In this document: one piece after another, positions 61,688 through 64,000 of the stretch
Numbering within the stretch: the first letter of the stretch is position 1
Layout: every line of letters begins with the position of its first letter
NCBI GenBank assembly: GCA_963827275.1
Contig: CAWHAA010000010.1
Span: 416,001 to 480,000, forward strand
DNA length: 64,000 nucleotides
Direction: 5' to 3'
Source of the DNA: an uncultured Spirochaetota bacterium
Lineage (GTDB): Bacteria; Spirochaetota; UBA4802; UBA5550
Position numbers and translations under genes: made by a program
Notes under the pieces: model-generated
Databases searched by the model: none
The model's input: the letters and a program-made list of their open reading frames with translations, nothing else
Told to the model about the DNA's origin: nothing

Positions 61688-62074
61688 GACCCGGTTGCGG
61701 GTCGTGCAATTCATGGCGAGGGGAAGATGGCTCCTCGCCCTCTTCCCCTCGCGCTCCCCATCACCCACGGCCGCTCAAACGCCGCGGCGGGCTCGGGCAT
61801 AACTCGGCCGAACCCGCTTCGCGGGATTCGGCCTCATACAACATGCCCGATTGGTTTGTCCGCCTGCGGCGGACGTTCGTATGGCTTTTGTGTGTTATAA
61901 ATTATCCCCGGAAATCGTGTTGAGCAACCTAAAACCTTTCGCTCGGCGTCCCGTTCCGGGTCAGCCTCGCACCAATGATTTCATGTATGACGCCGCACAG
62001 GATGTGCGGCGATGCGAGTGTGGCCCAGGATGTGCCCGACATGGATGTCGCAATGCCGGCTTCGCCATGAATTG
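61688..62074. repeat. Structured element copy A, with a 13-bp inverted repeat
   Basis: 61688-61877 is homologous to 63355-63543; CAATTCATGGCGA (61707) pairs with TCGCCATGAATTG (62062-62074). Confidence 0.85.
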
Positions 62075-62096
62075 TCGCTCCGGAGCATACCATGGG

Positions 62097-62138
62097 AATA
62101 AAAAAGGGGGGCCTTCACGGAAAGGCTCCCCTTTTATT
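62097..62138 (-). terminator. Terminator after tRNA-Val
   Basis: Minus strand AAAAGGGGAGCCTT-TCCGTG-AAGGCCCCCCTTTTTT. Confidence 0.8.
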
Positions 62139-62139
62139 G

Positions 62140-62212
62140 TGGGCGCTACTGGACTTGAACCAGTGACCCTCTGCTTGTAAGGCAGATGCTCTTCCAGCTG
62201 AGCTAAGCGCCC
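62140..62212 (-). tRNA. tRNA-Val (TAC), CCA not encoded
   Basis: GGGCGCTTAGCTCAGCTGGAAGAGCATCTGCCT-TAC-AAGCAGAGGGTCACTGGTTCAAGTCCAGTAGCGCCCA forms a cloverleaf. Confidence 0.97.
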
Positions 62213-62214
62213 TG

Positions 62215-62487
62215 TTATTGTATCTTCGTCTCGGTGATCTTGCTTGCGCGGAACGCGATGGTGGTCTTGGCCGGAACGTCTATGTCCTTGCCCGCGATGG
62301 GCGAAAATACCTTTCTCGCTTTCTTGTCGGCCCGGTAAAAGGTGCCGAATCCCCGGATCTCGACCCTGTCTCCCTTCAGCGCGCTCTCTTTGACTTTTTC
62401 AATGAAATTATCGACGATATAGAGGACCTCTTTTTTCCGGAGTCCGCTCTGGAGGGTCAGGCGGTCCACTATTTCGGATTTCGTCAT
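62215..62487 (-). CDS. HU/IHF-family DNA-binding protein
   Basis: MTKSEIV, GDRVEIRGFGTF, IDVPAKTTIAFRAS. Confidence 0.95.
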   Translation of the reverse strand: MTKSEIVDRLTLQSGLRKKEVLYIVDNFIEKVKESALKGDRVEIRGFGTFYRADKKARKVFSPIAGKDIDVPAKTTIAFRASKITETKIQ

Positions 62488-62498
62488 GCCGGGCGCTC

Positions 62499-62780
62499 TT
62501 ACGCTTTGGCTTTCATCGCCGCGTTGACCCGCTTGGCCACCCGTGATTTTTTCCGCGCGGCGGTCTTCCTGTGCACCACGCCGGCGCCGGCGGCCTTGTC
62601 GATGGTCTTGACGAATTTGATGAACATCTTGTTCAGGGCCTCGGGGCTCTCCTTGCCGGCCGCGACCGCCTTTTCAACCTTCTTGGCGGTGGTGCGGATG
62701 GACGATTTGACCCCGACGTTGCGCTCACGCCGTTTCTCGTTCTGCTTGTTTCTCTTGATTTGTGACCGTATGTTTGCCAA
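62499..62780 (-). CDS. rpsT: 30S ribosomal protein S20 (TTG start)
   Basis: MANIRSQIKRNKQNEKRRERN, IDKAAGAGVVHRKTAARKKSR. Confidence 0.97.
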   Translation of the reverse strand: MANIRSQIKRNKQNEKRRERNVGVKSSIRTTAKKVEKAVAAGKESPEALNKMFIKFVKTIDKAAGAGVVHRKTAARKKSRVAKRVNAAMKAKA

Positions 62781-62896
62781 TTGTTAAGTCCTTGTTTTAA
62801 TGAATTTCTTCCGGCGTCCCGCCCGGCGGTGAGGGTTGACCGCCGGAATACGCGCCGGTTTCTAAAATATATACAATTAATATATATTGGATGGCA

Positions 62897-62925
62897 AATA
62901 TGCGGTGGTGCATGGAAACTGTCAA
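62897..62925 (-). promoter_or_regulatory. Candidate rpsT promoter
   Basis: TTGACA-17-CATATT on the minus strand. Confidence 0.55.
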
Positions 62926-63023
62926 GAATATTACAGAATTATTAATATCCTGTGGATATTAATTGACTCTCCCCACTCCGTGGGGCGGGGCGGCTGTCCG
63001 GGGATGCAAGATCAGTCAGTTAT

Positions 63024-63350
63024 TTAATATCCTATCTTTTTTCTGGGTTTTTCTTCTTCTATAATAAAACTCCTCAAAGCATCAAAAATAGCCCTGAACT
63101 GCCGATCATACCTGTTTTCCATATCATCAATTTTATTTTTTAGCTCGTCATATGTTATCATCATCTGTCGCAACTTTGTAAAGGTACGCATTATTTGAAT
63201 ATTGACGTTAATTGCACGATCACTATTAAGAACACTGGATAGCATCAATATCCCATGCTCGGTGAATGCCATGGGAGCGTACCTGGATCCACCCCGATTT
63301 GAGATCACAATTTGTGATCTCAAGTTTTGAAATTCTTCAAGGGTCAACAG
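63024..63350 (-). pseudogene. ORF6N-domain protein, 5' half missing
   Basis: LTLEEFQNLRSQIVISNRGGSRYAPMAFTEHGILMLSSVLNSDRAINVNIQIMRTF..KKIGY; the N-terminal half is replaced by the structured repeat; AT-rich. Confidence 0.85.
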
Positions 63351-63354
63351 GTGT

Positions 63355-63543
63355 GGCCGGGAGTCCGGCCCGGAAATTCATGGCGAGGGGAAGAGGGCTC
63401 CTCGCCCTCTTCCCCTCGTGCTCCCCATCACCCCCGGTCCCTCATGCGCCGGGACGGGCTTCGGGCGTAACTCGTCGATTCGGCTTTGCCGAAATCGACT
63501 TCGAACAGACGCCCGATTGGTTTGTCCGCCTGCGGCGGACGTT
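63355..63543. repeat. Structured element copy B
   Basis: Homolog of 61688-61877 with compensatory substitutions in the stems. Confidence 0.85.
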
Positions 63544-63883
63544 TTTAGAGCTGGATGTGTCACAGCAAACCTTGTTCTATTAGTAGTAGTCATGGAACTT
63601 ATACCATATTTTTGCTTTTTTCCGGCTACAACAACCGGGATATGGAGCTAAAAGATATCTCAATATGGATTACATCAAAGAGATCGTTTTTGAGTCAGCA
63701 TACTATTTCGTCAGTTCGAGGAAAAGAGTGAAGGATGATTGACTTTATCATGGAGCCAGTTGAAGGCGGCGGTGCGGCAGCGGGTGTCCTGAATATTATT
63801 CATTATCTATAATTTAGATCCAATCACTTTCAGCGATTCAGTAAAAAATTTATTTTGCTGTCCTGTAGATGGGAAGGGAATAA

Positions 63884-64000
63884 CTATCCCGTTATTTAGC
63901 ACATTAAAACCCTTACTTAACAACCTTTTCTCAAGCAAACGACATATATTTGCCTTTACAAGCATTATCTTCAACTGTTTGGGATCGCCAAGCTTTTTTA
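63884..64000 (-). CDS. 3' end of an AT-rich gene entering from beyond the window
   Basis: ...KKLGDPKQLKIMLVKANICRLLEKRLLSKGFNVLNNG*. Confidence 0.4.

Noticed and set aside
63378..63651. Short ORFs overlapping the structured repeats (also 61851-62180 and 38458-38646)
   Set aside because: Reading frames are not conserved between repeat copies while base pairing is; judged non-coding.
62140..64000. tRNA-anchored genomic island or prophage
   Set aside because: No duplicated tRNA 3' end (att site) or integrase is seen, and core genes rpsT and hup lie between the two structured repeats.

Overview
64 kb of a GC-rich diderm bacterial chromosome (tentatively an uncultured Spirochaetota-like MAG; lineage not provable from this window). 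Mostly ordinary envelope, metabolic and housekeeping genes: a transglutaminase-like pair, an AmmeMemoRadiSam operon, MATE/MFS transporters, OmpA/MotB, a K+ channel with a cNMP-binding partner, ECF sigma/anti-sigma, a cereblon-like protein, two glycosylation clusters, two serine beta-lactamase-family proteins, menA, nfeD-slipin, mpl, and rpsT-hup-tRNA-Val. Several genes between ~45.9 and 60.2 kb are broken by frameshifts that are probably assembly errors. The most interesting signals are non-coding and missed by the ORF track. (1) A DUF559-endonuclease element with inverted GNA-triloop hairpin ends occurs in four decay states within 7 kb, one with both ends tandemly triplicated. (2) A ~190-nt multi-stem element occurs twice near tRNA-Val with extensive compensatory base changes. 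(3) Three copies of a MITE-like repeat alternate with two AT-rich cassette-like genes. In addition, the AmmeMemoRadiSam enzymes carry export signals. No CRISPR array, integrase, rRNA or intact transposase was seen.
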